The notes: generated by a model from the letters alone, not told the origin. Positions 19,811 to 31,557 are shown, numbered from the stretch's first letter. The stretch: DNA of 64,000 nucleotides from an uncultured Acidobacteriota bacterium (GCA_963777605.1 CAVZRV010000007.1:128001-192000), one strand, 5' to 3'. Numbers and translations: made by a program.

Positions 19811-21411
19811 TTACCCGGATGCGAGCTTGCCCCGGGTCCACTCACCATTGACAAGACGCCAGATCCCCAAAGGATTCTCGTCCCTCAACTCGGGAGGCAG
19901 AATGGCGCGGGGTGCATCCTGGTAGCAGATCGGGCGAGCAAACCGCAGGATTGCCGCCGTTCCCACCGAGGTCGACTCTCGAATCGGTCGTCGCCGGGTA
20001 AGGCCCGCCGTGCTGCATCGAAGGACAGACCTCCACCCCGGTCGGGAATCCATTGAAAACCAATCGTCCCACTCGATCGGAAAGGATGCCGACCAGGTCG
20101 CCGGCCTCGGTCAATTCCTCATCCGTGCCGTGGATCGTCCCGGTGAGTTGGCCCGTGAGAGTCTCCGCCACCCTGGCCAACTCAGTCATATCCGCGCACT
20201 CGACAACCATAGTCACGGGGCCGAATACCTCATCCAACAAGGGCCTTTCGAGGAATTCCGTCGCGTTCACGATGAGGGCGGCGGGAGTTCCCTCGGTAGT
20301 GCCTGATTTGGCACTCACCCGGCTTTGAGAAAGGGCCCGGACACCTTCCGAGGACCGCAGGGTCTCCACTCCCTGTTCGTAGGCATCCCGAATCCCGCAG
20401 TGCAGCATCGTGCCAGGTTGCGACTCTTCGACGAGCCGCTCCAGCGTTCCCAGGAAAGCTTCCCAACCACTCCCGCGCACACCAATTACAATGCCAGGAT
20501 TGGTGCAAAACTGCCCGACTCCGAGGGTGAACGACTGCACCAACCCCTCCGCGATCGACTCCGCGCGCGACCGGATGGCCCCCGGGAGAAGAAGTACCGG
20601 ATTGACGCTTCCCATCTCGGCAAATACCGGAATCGGGTTGGGTCTGCCGGCCGGCAGCGTCGAAAAGAGCCCTCCCGCCTTTGAGCGACCCGGTAAATCC
20701 AACTGCCCGGACGGTGGGGTGAGATACCAGCGCCAGCCCAACCCGGTTCTCTTTTCCCTGAAGAAGAGAGAAGGTTCCTTCGGGAAACCCGGTCTGGAGA
20801 GCGGCATCCCTGATCGCGCAAGCCGCCAGTTCCGACGTTCCCGGATGGGCAGGATGTGCTTTGACGACAACCGGGTTTCCACCCGCCAGGGCGGAAGCGG
20901 TGTCACCACCGGCCACAGAAAATGCCAAAGGAAAGTTGCTCGCCCCGAAAACTGCGACAGGGCCAATGGGCACGAGCATCCGCCGCAGATCCGACTTGGG
21001 CAATGGCCGGCGATTCGCGTCCGCACAATCGATTCTGGCATCAACCCAGGAGCCCTCTTCCACAAGATTGGCGAACAGGCGCAACTGCCCAACGGTCCTG
21101 GCAAGTTCGCCCTGAAGCCGAGCCGGAGGCAGCCCGGTTTCGGCGCCGGCACGATCAATCAATGCTCCTCCCATTTCCTCCAAACCCCGTCCGATTCGAC
21201 GGAGTAAGTCCACCCGGGATCGTGAATCACGGAACATGGGGTTCGTGGCAGCCTCGGCGGCCAGTCCGAGCGCCCGTTCGACTTCCTCGGCGGTGGCCTC
21301 GACAAATTCGCCCGGCAGGATCTCCCCGTTGGCAGGGTTCACGACGTGGAAACGCTTCGCACCAATCGCCGTTCGTTCTTTACCGACAAAGTTCAAGCCA
21401 GTGATTTCCAT
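19811..21411 (-). CDS. NADP+ aldehyde dehydrogenase (alpha-ketoglutaric semialdehyde dehydrogenase-like), two frameshifts
   Basis: Three frames join: FGASNFPLAFSVAGGDTASA / PVFAEMGSVNP, GQFCTNPG / TSVGTAAILRFARP; apparent extra bases near 20652 and 19977. Confidence 0.88.
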
Positions 21412-21443
21412 AAGCCGCTGCATCCTCCGAAACTGGGCCCAGG

Positions 21444-22283
21444 TCAAACTCCCACGGAGTTGATCAGAGTACCGATCGGTTCGACCGTGATGCGCACTTC
21501 GTCTCCCGGCTGGAGGGTGAAATCGTCAGGCGGGATAATGCCCGTCCCGGTCATCAGCATGCATCCCCTTGGAAAAGAGAGTTCCCGGTAGAGGTAGTCC
21601 ACCAACTCCCGCGGGCTTCTCTTCATCTGGGACAAGCTGGTCGCGTCATGAAACGCGACGACACCGTTTCGTAAGACCAGCACCTCTATGCTGGTTTCCG
21701 GGGGGAGCCCCTGGTCGGTAAGGAGAATGCCTGGGCCGATTGCACAGCTCCCATCGTAGATTTTCGCCTGAGGCAGGTAGAGAGGGTTCTCCCCTTCGAT
21801 GTCCCGGGAACAGACATCGTTCCCAATGGTATAGCCGACGATTCGACCGCCGGAGGAAACGACCAGGGTCAGTTCCGGTTCCGGCACGCTCCAGCGCGCG
21901 TCGGAACGAATCCGGATCGGTTGACGGTGTCCACGAACTCGATAGGGCATGCACTTGAAGAAAAGCTCGGGCCGATCCGCCTCGTAAACCCGCTCGTAGA
22001 AGCTCCCGCCACCAGCAGACTCCGATTCCTCCTTGCGGGCTTCCCGGCTTCGCACGTAGGTAACCCCGGCAGCCCAGACTTCCTGGCCACTCAAAGGAGG
22101 CCTGATCTCGAGGCTCCCGGGAGTGGCCTCCACCAGCGGCTCAAGATCCTCGGGCCGCAGTCCTTTGAGGTGGAGAGGGAGGTTATCCCGACTGATCAAC
22201 GCATCCCAGTTCTCGTAAACCAGGAAAAGACCCCCGTCCCGTTCCATCACGGGGCCAGTGGTCGTCCGATAGAGCTTCAACAT
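21444..22283 (-). CDS. FAH family protein, 2-keto-3-deoxy-pentonate dehydratase (KdaD/XylX-like)
   Basis: [56 protein letters not shown]; adjacent to the KGSADH-like gene. Confidence 0.85.
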   Translation of the reverse strand: MLKLYRTTTGPVMERDGGLFLVYENWDALISRDNLPLHLKGLRPEDLEPLVEATPGSLEIRPPLSGQEVWAAGVTYVRSREARKEESESAGGGSFYERVYEADRPELFFKCMPYRVRGHRQPIRIRSDARWSVPEPELTLVVSSGGRIVGYTIGNDVCSRDIEGENPLYLPQAKIYDGSCAIGPGILLTDQGLPPETSIEVLVLRNGVVAFHDATSLSQMKRSPRELVDYLYRELSFPRGCMLMTGTGIIPPDDFTLQPGDEVRITVEPIGTLINSVGV

Positions 22284-22603
22284 ATTCCTTCACCTTGCTA
22301 TCGCCACCGGAGCGTCCTGAACCGAGGATCACCCCGCCTGATTCGTCTCATCCTCAACCCATTCTTATAAATCAAACGCCCCTTTTGACACAAACGGCCC
22401 CACCCCCGCCCGAAGCGCCTCTCTCAACAGGGCCCCCAGATGGATCCGGACCTGCCTCCAAGCGCTGTTATGAAGAGCCCCCTCGCAGGGGCTCAGTCCT
22501 TGCCACGTGACGGCCAAATCGGGATAATCCATGTCGTTCTGCCGCTCCGGCACAGTGCAACTGCCGGACGGGTTGTCTTCCACCTGGAATTGAAGGAGAC
22601 GTC

Positions 22604-23365
22604 ATGACTGCTCAAAACCGAGCCCCCCGGGCCGTCCCCCGACTGGTGCCATTCCTCCCGTTAATGTTGTTGACGCTTTCGTCCTGTGGGACTCATGAGC
22701 CGTCGGCTCAGGAGATCCTCGCCAAGTACTTCAATGCCGTGGGAGGGAAAGAGGCGATCCAGGCGTTCAAAAGTCGCACCGAAAAGGGGGCATTCTCTTT
22801 GCCCGACATGGGATACTCGGGAGAGTTCGCATCCTATATTAAACCTCCCAACCTGGCCTTACAGCAGATCAGCCTGGGTGGTGCCGTCGTCGCCTCTTCC
22901 GGGAAAATCAACGACCTCGTCTGGCAGACGAACCCGATGACCGGCCCTAAAATCCTGAAGGGGGCTGAAGCCCGCAGCGCCATCAGGGCGGCTTCTCTGG
23001 ATCCGGTTTTGCCCTGGACCGTGGATCTCCAGTCGGCCACGGTACAGGATTGGTCGGCCGAGTCGCCGACGGTTGAGGTCTTACTCAGGGAGACGGACGG
23101 CGATCAGGCGATTTGCGAGTTCGATCAGAAGACGGGACTCTTGAACACGATCATTACCTTTGCCGGCGATCAGCGAACAATGACCTCCTACAGTGAATAT
23201 GAATCGGCGGACGGTGTCGCCGTCCCTCGCAGGATTCAAACGAATCCCGGAGGCCAAACCCTTGTGTTCGTCATCTCCGAGGTCGAGCACAACCAGGATC
23301 TTCCGGATTCCATGTTCGAACCGCCGGCCGATATCGTGGCGCTGATGAAGAATCCAGACGAGTAG
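22604..23365 (+). CDS. Lipoprotein of unknown function (LolA-like / lipoprotein-sorting fold suspected)
   Basis: AAGGAG RBS; lipobox LSSC; ILAKYFNAVGG, FDQKTGLL, YSEY..DGVAVP, NQDLPDSMFEPP pattern. Confidence 0.65.
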   Translation: MTAQNRAPRAVPRLVPFLPLMLLTLSSCGTHEPSAQEILAKYFNAVGGKEAIQAFKSRTEKGAFSLPDMGYSGEFASYIKPPNLALQQISLGGAVVASSGKINDLVWQTNPMTGPKILKGAEARSAIRAASLDPVLPWTVDLQSATVQDWSAESPTVEVLLRETDGDQAICEFDQKTGLLNTIITFAGDQRTMTSYSEYESADGVAVPRRIQTNPGGQTLVFVISEVEHNQDLPDSMFEPPADIVALMKNPDE

Positions 23366-23472
23366 TTGATTGGTGGAGAACCCACCTGGCTGCCGGGCTC
23401 GAGAGACTGCCCAACGAGGCTGCGCCCTTGACCTCGAGCACTTCCGGCAGGCCGGGACAGGAGCATTCGATC

Positions 23473-23899
23473 ATGGTACAAATCCGACACACGCTGGAAA
23501 TTCCGGATTCGGAATTTGAATTCACCTTTTCGCGCAGCGGCGGGCCGGGAGGCCAGCATGTCAACAAGGTGAGTTCCCGGGTGACCCTGTGGTTCGACCT
23601 CGAGAACACCAGTTATCTGTCGGAAACACAGAAGGCCAGGCTTCGGGATCGCTTGGGCGGGCGGATCAACCGCGACGGCAAGCTCCACGTCTCGTGCCAG
23701 GAATCACGCAGCCAGTCATCGAACCGGGAAGCGCGCCATTCGGCGCTTTGCACTGATCATTGGAGAAGCGTTGGAGGAATCTTCGCCAAGAAGACCCACC
23801 CGAATTCCACGCGGGTCGAGAGAACGAAGGCTGACTGAAAAGAAGCGCCGTAGTCGGATCAAGAAAGAGCGTGGGAGAGTCTCAACGGACGGCGAGTAG
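23473..23899 (+). CDS. arfB: Alternative ribosome rescue peptidyl-tRNA hydrolase, frameshift near 23733
   Basis: FSRSGGPGGQHVNKV, ESRSQSSNRE; the shifted frame gives the basic tail RRPTRIPRGSRERRLTEKKRRSRIKKERG. Confidence 0.9.
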
Positions 23900-23921
23900 G
23901 CGGACCCGGAAATCCCATTCG

Positions 23922-25133
23922 TCAATCGGGAACAGTCGCCCGGAAGAGGGTCCCCGAACCCGATACTCGATACGAACCCGACGCGGCCGGCACCAGCACG
24001 GACTGTCCTTTGCCCACGATTCGAGAGGCTCCGTCCCCGCTCAACTCCGCGGAGAAATGGCCCCTGGTGCAAAGCAGAATCTCGACGCCGCTCCGGGTTG
24101 AGGCCATCCACTCTTCGCCTTCGCCGAGGGAGATCGTCGAAAGTCGAAATTCCCGAACCGGGGCTGTGTAGACCCGTTCGAAACGGTTCAAAGGCTCTCC
24201 GCGGGTCACCGCGGGTACTCCGTCTGAAAACGTCAGAACGTGCACCAGTTCATCGACGTCCACATGCTTGGTCGTCAGCCCACCCCTGAGGACATTGTCC
24301 GAGTTGGCCATCAGTTCAACCCCTACGCCCCCCAGGTACGCGTGCAACTCTCCGGCCTCGAGAAAAAGCGCTTCTCCCGGTTGCAACTGGACAAGATTGA
24401 GCAAAGCCGGACTCAGGACGCCGACATCGGAGGGATAGGACTGCTTCAACTGTAGCATCCACTCGACTTGGCGAACGGCTTCTTCCTGGCCGGCGAGCGA
24501 ATCGATGACCGCGCTGATCACCCGTGACCGAGGCTGAGCTTCGAGAGAAAGAAGCGCCCGAAAGACCCCCCCCAGCGCCTCTGGATCGTCCCCTTTCTCG
24601 AGCCGGGCGATGAGAGCCGGGTCACGAAGTTCCTCAACCGTCCCAATCAACTGAAGAATCTCTTCTCGGGGACGAAACCCCTTGAGGGCCCAGAAGGGGG
24701 AGAGTGCGCAGATTATCTCCGGCTTATGATTGTCATCGCGGTAGTTGCGTTCTGAAGCCTCGAGCGGTATTCCCAGGCGATTCTCCCTCTGAAAGCCTTC
24801 CTTCGCCTGGGCCAGATTCGGATGCGCCTGGATCGACAGCGGCTCGCGCGCTGCCAGAACCTTGAATAGGAAGGGAAGACTCCTGCCGAACCGGGCAGCC
24901 GCGGCATTCCCCAGAATCAGGTCGGGCTCCGCCTCAATCAACTGGTTCAGGGGCGTCCACTCGTCGTTCCACAGGACCAGTGAAGATGCTGAGGGGTGAG
25001 CCCCCATCCAGAGCTCCGCTTCAGGAAGTTCAGTAGGAAACTGCCTCCCCTCCAGGTCGGCAATCGCCTCGCGCGAACCCCAGGCGTAGTGCTGGATGCG
25101 ATTTTTCATCGGCAGAATATCGATCGTCGCCAT
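23922..25133 (-). CDS. manA: Mannose-6-phosphate isomerase, class I
   Basis: QHYAWGS, AELWMGAHP, PFLFKVL, LSIQAHP, YRDDNHKPE, HAYL, MANSDNVLRGGLT. Confidence 0.96.
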   Translation of the reverse strand: MATIDILPMKNRIQHYAWGSREAIADLEGRQFPTELPEAELWMGAHPSASSLVLWNDEWTPLNQLIEAEPDLILGNAAAARFGRSLPFLFKVLAAREPLSIQAHPNLAQAKEGFQRENRLGIPLEASERNYRDDNHKPEIICALSPFWALKGFRPREEILQLIGTVEELRDPALIARLEKGDDPEALGGVFRALLSLEAQPRSRVISAVIDSLAGQEEAVRQVEWMLQLKQSYPSDVGVLSPALLNLVQLQPGEALFLEAGELHAYLGGVGVELMANSDNVLRGGLTTKHVDVDELVHVLTFSDGVPAVTRGEPLNRFERVYTAPVREFRLSTISLGEGEEWMASTRSGVEILLCTRGHFSAELSGDGASRIVGKGQSVLVPAASGSYRVSGSGTLFRATVPD

Positions 25134-25280
25134 GGCGGTCTTCCGAATCCGGATTATAGAGGGAAGTCGCCGTCAGTTTGAAGGAACTCGTTCCGGCACT
25201 TCTCTCAGACCGACTTGGGCGGAAGAAGAAGCAGGATAGCTTGATCGATGGAGGAGTGAACCACCACAATGGTGGCAGGC

Positions 25281-26507
25281 ATGGAATCACTTCGAGAACT
25301 TTACCGAATCGGAAATGGGCCGTCGAGCAGCCACACGATGGGACCGCGGACGGCCGCGGAAACCTTTCTCGCCAGATTCTCCGAAGCGGCAGAATACCAG
25401 GTTACCCTTTTCGGGAGCCTGGCAGCCACCGGGAAAGGCCACCTGACGGACGCCACGCTCCGCGAGTGCTTCGGCAGTCGTCCTCTGACGATTCAGTGGA
25501 ACGCCTCCGAATTCCTCCCTTTTCACCCCAACGGAATGCTGTTTGAAGCGTTCTCCGCCCCCAACCAGTGTCTGGGGACCTGGACTGCGTACAGTGTGGG
25601 AGGCGGTAAAGTCGTGGACGAAGAGACGGCGCTCTGTACGATCGAGGTCTATCCGAAATCAAAGCTGGCCGAGATCATGGAAAACTGTGTCGGATCCGGA
25701 AGGACCTTCTGGGAGTATGTCGAAGCCTGCGAGGGGAAAGAGATCTGGGACTACCTGTCTGATATCTGGCCCGTCATGCGATCCTCGATCCACCGCGGTC
25801 TCGAGGCGGAAGGGGTCCTGCCCGGCGCGCTCCACCTCCCCCGGCAAGCCTGCAGGCTCTACCGAAAGGCGAAATTGGCAGGTGAGCACTTTCGCCGCAC
25901 CGGCCTGCTGGCGGCGTTCGCGCACGCTGTCAGCGAGGAAAATGCGGGAGGCGGGTTGATCGTCACCGCACCGACCTGTGGAGCGTGCGGCGTACTGCCG
26001 TCCGTGCTCCGCTACCTTCAGGAGGTAGTCGGGTGCACCGACCGTGAGATCCTCCGGGCGCTTGCTACCGCCGGCCTCATCGGCAACCTCGTTAAACACA
26101 ACGCCAGCATCTCCGGGGCAGAAGTCGGTTGCCAGGGCGAAGTCGGAACCGCCTGCTCGATGGCAGCGGCGGCGGCCGCCCAGTTGCTGGGCGGCTCCAT
26201 CCGGCAGATCGAATATGCCGCCGAGATGGGGATGGAGCATCACCTCGGCCTGACCTGCGACCCTGTTGCGGGTCTCGTCCAGATCCCCTGCATCGAACGA
26301 AATGCCCACGCGGCGACCCGGGCGCTGACCTGCGCAGACTACGCAGTCTTCGGAGACGGATCTCATCGCGTGTCATTTGACGTCGTGGTCAAGGTGATGA
26401 GTCAGACGGGGCGTGATCTTCCGTCGCTTTATAGGGAAACAGCTTCTGGAGGGTTGGCTCGAGCGCTTGCCGAGGAAGACTCCCGCAACGACCAGGACAA
26501 CGCCTGA
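25281..26507 (+). CDS. sdaA: L-serine dehydratase, Fe-S dependent, single chain
   Basis: IGNGPSSSHTMGP, GSLAATGKGH, TAPTCGACG, SGAEVGCQGE, EHHLGLTCDP, QIPCIERN. Confidence 0.95.
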   Translation: MESLRELYRIGNGPSSSHTMGPRTAAETFLARFSEAAEYQVTLFGSLAATGKGHLTDATLRECFGSRPLTIQWNASEFLPFHPNGMLFEAFSAPNQCLGTWTAYSVGGGKVVDEETALCTIEVYPKSKLAEIMENCVGSGRTFWEYVEACEGKEIWDYLSDIWPVMRSSIHRGLEAEGVLPGALHLPRQACRLYRKAKLAGEHFRRTGLLAAFAHAVSEENAGGGLIVTAPTCGACGVLPSVLRYLQEVVGCTDREILRALATAGLIGNLVKHNASISGAEVGCQGEVGTACSMAAAAAAQLLGGSIRQIEYAAEMGMEHHLGLTCDPVAGLVQIPCIERNAHAATRALTCADYAVFGDGSHRVSFDVVVKVMSQTGRDLPSLYRETASGGLARALAEEDSRNDQDNA

Positions 26508-26549
26508 CCGGGGGCGGGAAAGCACTGAACTTCAGGGCAGGAATGCGCC

Positions 26550-27464
26550 TCAACCCGACCTCTCCCGTCGGTCGGCCGGCAGCGCCAAACCGTTAGCGAG
26601 GAGGACAAGCGCACCACCGACCAGGATGTTGCTCGTCATGTCCTCGCCAAAGAACAGGGTGGCCATCACCCCGGCACTGATTGGCTCGAGCATCATGATC
26701 AGCCCCGCCGTCAGTGCGCTGGTCCCCCGGACTCCGGCCAGAAACAGGCAACTTGGGATCAGATAAGCCATCAGCGCGACGCTGAGCACCGCGACCGGGT
26801 GCGCGACGAACCCGGTGATTCCAAATCGGCCCAGCCGGGCATCGCCCACGAGAAGCGAAAAAAGTGGAGCGAGAAGAAGCAGCCAGAGGCAGGTGAAAAG
26901 CGCATAGCCTTGAGTCTTGGCAATCGCGCCCACTCCTGCAAGTCTCTCGGCGTGCTTGCCGACGAACACCCAGGCTGACAGAGCCCACCCTCCAAGAAGG
27001 GCAAAGCCCAGCCCGACCCTGGAGACTTCGGAACCGTTGATCCCCGGCCCCAGGAGAACGAGCATGCCGGCAATGGAGATGCCCAGGGCTACCGCCTTGC
27101 GCGGCGTGACCTGCTCGCCGAACCAGATCCGCGACACTATCAGCGTCCACAGTGGCTGAAGGTAGAGCAATATCGCCACGGTGGCGACCGGGACTCCCAA
27201 TACGATCCCGCCGTACTGGGTGATCTGAAGGGCGGCGCCGACCAGCCCGAACCCGATGAAGAAGGGCAGATTCGGCCTCTTGAAAATGATCGAAGATGCG
27301 CGCCCCCGGGCCAGTGTCAGGATCAGGGCAACGCCGGCAAGAGGATAGAAGGACACCTCCAACAACGAGAAACCGAATCCAGATAACCATCGCCCTCCCA
27401 CGGTGACAAAGCCGTAGAGAAGCGCCGCAATCCCGATCAGCAGACTACCCTTCCCCGATCCCAT
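26550..27464 (-). CDS. DMT/EamA family transporter
   Basis: About 10 hydrophobic helices, ILLYLQPLW and LEPISA motifs. Confidence 0.88.
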   Translation of the reverse strand: MGSGKGSLLIGIAALLYGFVTVGGRWLSGFGFSLLEVSFYPLAGVALILTLARGRASSIIFKRPNLPFFIGFGLVGAALQITQYGGIVLGVPVATVAILLYLQPLWTLIVSRIWFGEQVTPRKAVALGISIAGMLVLLGPGINGSEVSRVGLGFALLGGWALSAWVFVGKHAERLAGVGAIAKTQGYALFTCLWLLLLAPLFSLLVGDARLGRFGITGFVAHPVAVLSVALMAYLIPSCLFLAGVRGTSALTAGLIMMLEPISAGVMATLFFGEDMTSNILVGGALVLLANGLALPADRRERSG

Positions 27465-27591
27465 CGGGCTAGAGTGTACGCTAAAGGCTGCGAAAGCAGG
27501 CTGGACAGCCACCGATCCAAGTCGGATGATGGGGAGGTCTTGAGGAACTCGGCGGATCGGCGTTCCCGAACAACTGACAGGTCTGAACACC

Positions 27592-28671
27592 ATGAACGTG
27601 AGCCCGGACGGATCGACTCTTCCAAAATCGTCAAGGTGGCGGAACTGGGCAATTGGGTGCGGAACTATTTTCGCCCTGGTTGTCCTGGTGTCCGTTCTGA
27701 CCTTCTACTGGGCGGTTACGCCCGGCCCCCAGGTACCCAGCGGCTCGTTCCTTGGGTCCCAAACTATCGGCGTCGCCCACCTGCAAGACCTTCGCGGAGA
27801 CCCCGCCGTCCAGGCAATGACCGGGGCAATCCTGAGGTCGATGCACGACCTTCGTCGGGAACAAGTCGAGCAGTCTGAGACGCCCTTCTTTCTGCGCTGG
27901 CTGGTCGGCAGACAGGGAGAGATTAATGAATCCCAGATCGATGACGCACTGAGGGATTCGCCAAGAGATGCAACGGTGCAACTCGAGTCGGTTGCCGGGT
28001 TCACCGATCCACAGATCCTCTCGGTCGTAAACCTGAGTCGGTACCCCAGGGCACTCCGGTTTGCCTATCAGATCGGTTCGTGGGTCCAAGGTTCCGAACT
28101 GGTGGCCGGCTACCCTGTTCTGAAAATGGGGTCAGCAGAACCGAGTGCCGTTGCCTTCGTGGAAGACACCCTGCTCTGGGGCCAGCGACCGGAAGTACTC
28201 CAACTGGCATTGGAGAGAAGACGGGACGTCGCTCCCGGGGAGATCTCGTCAAGGGTCCTGGCCACTTTCGCCAACCGACAGGAGCGCTGGAATCTCTTCG
28301 GGACCCTTGAGAATCGCCAGAATAGCCTGGCCTGGGTCGTTGACAAGTTCCGGGAGCGCTGGCCCCAGATTCCGGAACGCCCGCAACTCGATGAGCTTCT
28401 CTCCCGCATCAACCAGGTCGATTTTGGGCTGGACGTAGCGGACGAAGACTCCCTCGAGGGGTTCCTCGACCTGGTTTGCGGCTCCCCCAGGGAGGCAGAG
28501 GAGATCGCAGGGCTCCTCTCTGCGTTCATCCAGATAAACGGCCCGGATCCTCATTTTGCCCTGCAGGTCGAATCGAACCAGGAGCGGGTTCGAGTTTTCC
28601 TCCAATTTAAGGATTTCGCCCAGTTTGCGGTCGGTGCGATCCGGAAGAGTCAGGACCAGGAACAAGAGTAG
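27592..28671 (+). CDS. Hypothetical protein with one N-terminal TM anchor
   Basis: 359-aa ORF filling the space between two recognised genes; WAIGCG then a hydrophobic helix; no motif recognised. Confidence 0.7.
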   Translation: MNVSPDGSTLPKSSRWRNWAIGCGTIFALVVLVSVLTFYWAVTPGPQVPSGSFLGSQTIGVAHLQDLRGDPAVQAMTGAILRSMHDLRREQVEQSETPFFLRWLVGRQGEINESQIDDALRDSPRDATVQLESVAGFTDPQILSVVNLSRYPRALRFAYQIGSWVQGSELVAGYPVLKMGSAEPSAVAFVEDTLLWGQRPEVLQLALERRRDVAPGEISSRVLATFANRQERWNLFGTLENRQNSLAWVVDKFRERWPQIPERPQLDELLSRINQVDFGLDVADEDSLEGFLDLVCGSPREAEEIAGLLSAFIQINGPDPHFALQVESNQERVRVFLQFKDFAQFAVGAIRKSQDQEQE

Positions 28672-30211
28672 ACAGGCTCAACCCGGGAAGGGCCTCGGAT
28701 GCTTCGCTTTCGGACGCAGGCTCCGGCGGGGACTTGTAGCGCAGGAGAATGCAGAAGCAACTCCCCTGTCCCGACGGGTTCTCTTCAACCCAAATCTCAC
28801 CGTCGTGGGCTTCGACAATCCGCTTCGCAATCGTCAACCCCAGGCCGGTGCCACCTTTCTTCAGTGGCGAGTCCTGTCTTCCAGATGTGTAGAACTGATC
28901 GAAAACCCGCTCCCTTTCAGACCGGGGAATCCCGGGACCCTGGTCCGAAACCGAAAGCAGGCAGAGGGAGCCCTCCTCTGCGGCGACAAATCCAGTCGGA
29001 TGATCCGCGGAACGTCTCACCCGTTCGATTCCGACCTCGATCGCTCCTTTCGAAGGGGAGAACTCCACCGCGTTGGAGAGCAGGTTCTCCACCACCCGGC
29101 CCAGGCGGACGCGATCCGCGTAGACCGAGCAAAGCTTCGAGTCGGACCTCACTTCGACCGTCAACTGCTTGTCGAGAAAAAGACCCTGCAGGTTCTCAAG
29201 GCACTCGCCGACCGCCTGCTTGAGATCCAGTTCCCGAAAGTCGTAGGCGATAACCCCAGCGTCGATCCGGGAAAGATCAAGCAGGTTCCCAATCAGCCTC
29301 GAAAGCCGCCGACTACTTCCAAGGCTCAGTTCCAGCAGCCTCCGCTGGGTCGTGTCGAGTCCTTCAGAGAATTCGTCGAGGAGAAGGCGGGTCGTCTCTT
29401 CAACCGAGGCCAGCGGGGCACGAAGGTCGTGGGAAACGTGGGACACGAAATCCCGCTTCAAACGGTCCAACTCTCCCAGGCGGCGGGTCATGCGGTTGAG
29501 CACAATGGCCAGGTCGGAAAGTTCGTCTCCTCTATCCTGTCTGAGCTTGACCTCAAAGTCTCCCTGCGCGATCCGTTGAGCCCCCCGCATCATTTCCTTC
29601 AGGGATACCGAGATCGACCGGAACACGACCAGGATGACGACCGCAGCCAGCAGCAGCGCGACTGGAAGCGCGATTCGGGAAACCGACGTCACTCGTCTCC
29701 CGGTCTCCCGGGTCTGAGCGGCCGTCTCCACCAGGTAGTCATCTCCCGCCCGGATCAACTCTTCGAGGGCGTCGTAAGCGGCCGCGCACGATTCGTCGAG
29801 ACGCATTTCAGCCCCCTCCGACGATCCCTCCTCCGACTCAAGTTGATCGATGACCGCACTGCACTGGTTCCAGCCTGTGACCACCGCACGCGTCTTCTCC
29901 CCCAACGGTCCAACGAACAGATTGACCCTGAGCATCTCGTGAAGGTCGTTGTCGATACTGGTCCGTCGCGACGAGGCGTCTTCCAGGTAGAAACGCTCGC
30001 CGGTCAGCAGGTATTTGAGCGAAAACTCCTCCAGATCGGCCAGGTTCTCGAACACTCTGTGGGCCCGTAATCCCGTTCCAAAGCCGACCTCCGTCAACTG
30101 CTGCTGCTGTTCCAGCATCTCCTGCATGAGGGAGGTCTGATAGAGGTGTACTGCGACGATAATTACGATCATCAGGCAGTATCCCAGGATAACCTTGGTG
30201 GTGATCCTCAT
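28607..30211 (-). CDS. HAMP-domain sensor histidine kinase (GlrK/QseE-like architecture)
   Basis: TM, helical periplasmic domain, TM, HAMP (GDELSDL), SHDLRAPL, NLLSNA, DQGPG, GTGLGL. Confidence 0.93.
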   Translation of the reverse strand: MRITTKVILGYCLMIVIIVAVHLYQTSLMQEMLEQQQQLTEVGFGTGLRAHRVFENLADLEEFSLKYLLTGERFYLEDASSRRTSIDNDLHEMLRVNLFVGPLGEKTRAVVTGWNQCSAVIDQLESEEGSSEGAEMRLDESCAAAYDALEELIRAGDDYLVETAAQTRETGRRVTSVSRIALPVALLLAAVVILVVFRSISVSLKEMMRGAQRIAQGDFEVKLRQDRGDELSDLAIVLNRMTRRLGELDRLKRDFVSHVSHDLRAPLASVEETTRLLLDEFSEGLDTTQRRLLELSLGSSRRLSRLIGNLLDLSRIDAGVIAYDFRELDLKQAVGECLENLQGLFLDKQLTVEVRSDSKLCSVYADRVRLGRVVENLLSNAVEFSPSKGAIEVGIERVRRSADHPTGFVAAEEGSLCLLSVSDQGPGIPRSERERVFDQFYTSGRQDSPLKKGGTGLGLTIAKRIVEAHDGEIWVEENPSGQGSCFCILLRYKSPPEPASESEASEALPGLSLSTLVPGPDSSGSHRPQTGRNP

Positions 30212-31557
30212 CAGAGGTCGTAATCCTTCAGCTTGTTCCGGATCGTCTTCACATCGATCCCGAGTCGGCGGGCCGCTTCAGCCTTGTTATCCCCGGTCAG
30301 TTCCAGGGTCTTCAGAATCAGCTGCTTTTCGGCTTCGGCCAAGGGCGTACCCGCCTTGATCAGCAACTGCATATCTTCGCGCTCACCGGTGCTCTTCATA
30401 TGGTGAGGCAGGTGGCGGGCACCGATCCAGCCCTGCTTGGCCAGGACTGTGGCTCGTTCGATCACGTTTCTCAACTCTCTGACGTTTCCGGGCCAAAGGT
30501 AAGCATCGAGAAGTGCCAAAGCCTCGTCGTCGATACCTTCCACCTGGGTCCCATGGCGTGCATTCAGGATAGAGACAAAGTACTGGGCAAGGTAGGGGAT
30601 GTCGGATTTCCGCCCCTTCAAGGGCGGCAATTCGATGTTGAAAACATTGAGCCGGAAAAGAAGGTCTTCCCTCAGGTCCCCCTTCCCGATCGCCTCGCGT
30701 GGATCCCGGTTGGTCGCCGCCAGGACCCGGACATCGAACTGGACCTCTTCTCGTCCTCCCAGCCGCCGCACTTTCCCATCTTCCAGCACTCTCAGCAGCT
30801 TGGCTTGAAGCTTGATCGGCATGTCGCCGATCTCATCAAGGAAAAGCGTGCCTCCGTGGGCGAGTTCGAAGCATCCGGGACGAGAGTTGACGGCGCCCGT
30901 GAAGGCCCCTTTTTCGTGACCGAATATTTCGCTCTCCATCAACTCCGACGGGATCGCCGCCGTGTTGACCGGCAGGAAGGAACCCTCAGACCGTGCGCTG
31001 TACTGGTGAATGGCCTGGGCTACCAGTTCCTTCCCGGTTCCGCTCGGACCGGTGATGAGAACTGAAGCGTCGGTCTGAGCCACTTCCTCGATCAGTTCAT
31101 AAACCTGTCGCATCGCCCTGCTGCGACCGATAAAGGGTCCGAAATCCCCTCCTTTGGAAACCCTGGATTGAATTGCCCGGGTCCGAACCCGCATTTCGAC
31201 TCGATTGCTGATTTCTTCGAGGACCGCCTTGAATTCCAGATAGTCAATCGGCTTGGTTATGTAGTCTTCGGCACCGTGCTTCATGGCTTCGACCGCGGCA
31301 TCCAGTTCTCCGTGAGCGGTGATCAGGACCACTGCCCGAGTCTTGTCACCGGCCTTCAGAGACTTCAGCAGTTCGAGGCCCGACTGTCCAGGCATTACCA
31401 TGTCCGAAACCACGATTGAAGGATCCCAGCTGTGGACAACTTCCCGGGCCGCATCGGCATCGGCGGCGGTTCGCACATCGTAGCCCCACTTCTCGAGGCG
31501 AATCGTCAAGACTTCCCGCATTGCCGGGTCGTCATCCACTACCAGGACCTTGATCAT
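30211..31557 (-). CDS. Sigma-54-dependent response regulator (GlrR/ZraR-like)
   Basis: True start MIKVLVVDD behind GGAGG; [22 protein letters not shown], Fis-type [13 protein letters not shown]. Confidence 0.95.
   Translation of the reverse strand: MIKVLVVDDDPAMREVLTIRLEKWGYDVRTAADADAAREVVHSWDPSIVVSDMVMPGQSGLELLKSLKAGDKTRAVVLITAHGELDAAVEAMKHGAEDYITKPIDYLEFKAVLEEISNRVEMRVRTRAIQSRVSKGGDFGPFIGRSRAMRQVYELIEEVAQTDASVLITGPSGTGKELVAQAIHQYSARSEGSFLPVNTAAIPSELMESEIFGHEKGAFTGAVNSRPGCFELAHGGTLFLDEIGDMPIKLQAKLLRVLEDGKVRRLGGREEVQFDVRVLAATNRDPREAIGKGDLREDLLFRLNVFNIELPPLKGRKSDIPYLAQYFVSILNARHGTQVEGIDDEALALLDAYLWPGNVRELRNVIERATVLAKQGWIGARHLPHHMKSTGEREDMQLLIKAGTPLAEAEKQLILKTLELTGDNKAEAARRLGIDVKTIRNKLKDYDL

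Noticed and set aside
23700-23760. Programmed frameshift in arfB
   Set aside because: No slippery sequence or stimulator is evident, and similar single-base indels occur across unrelated genes.
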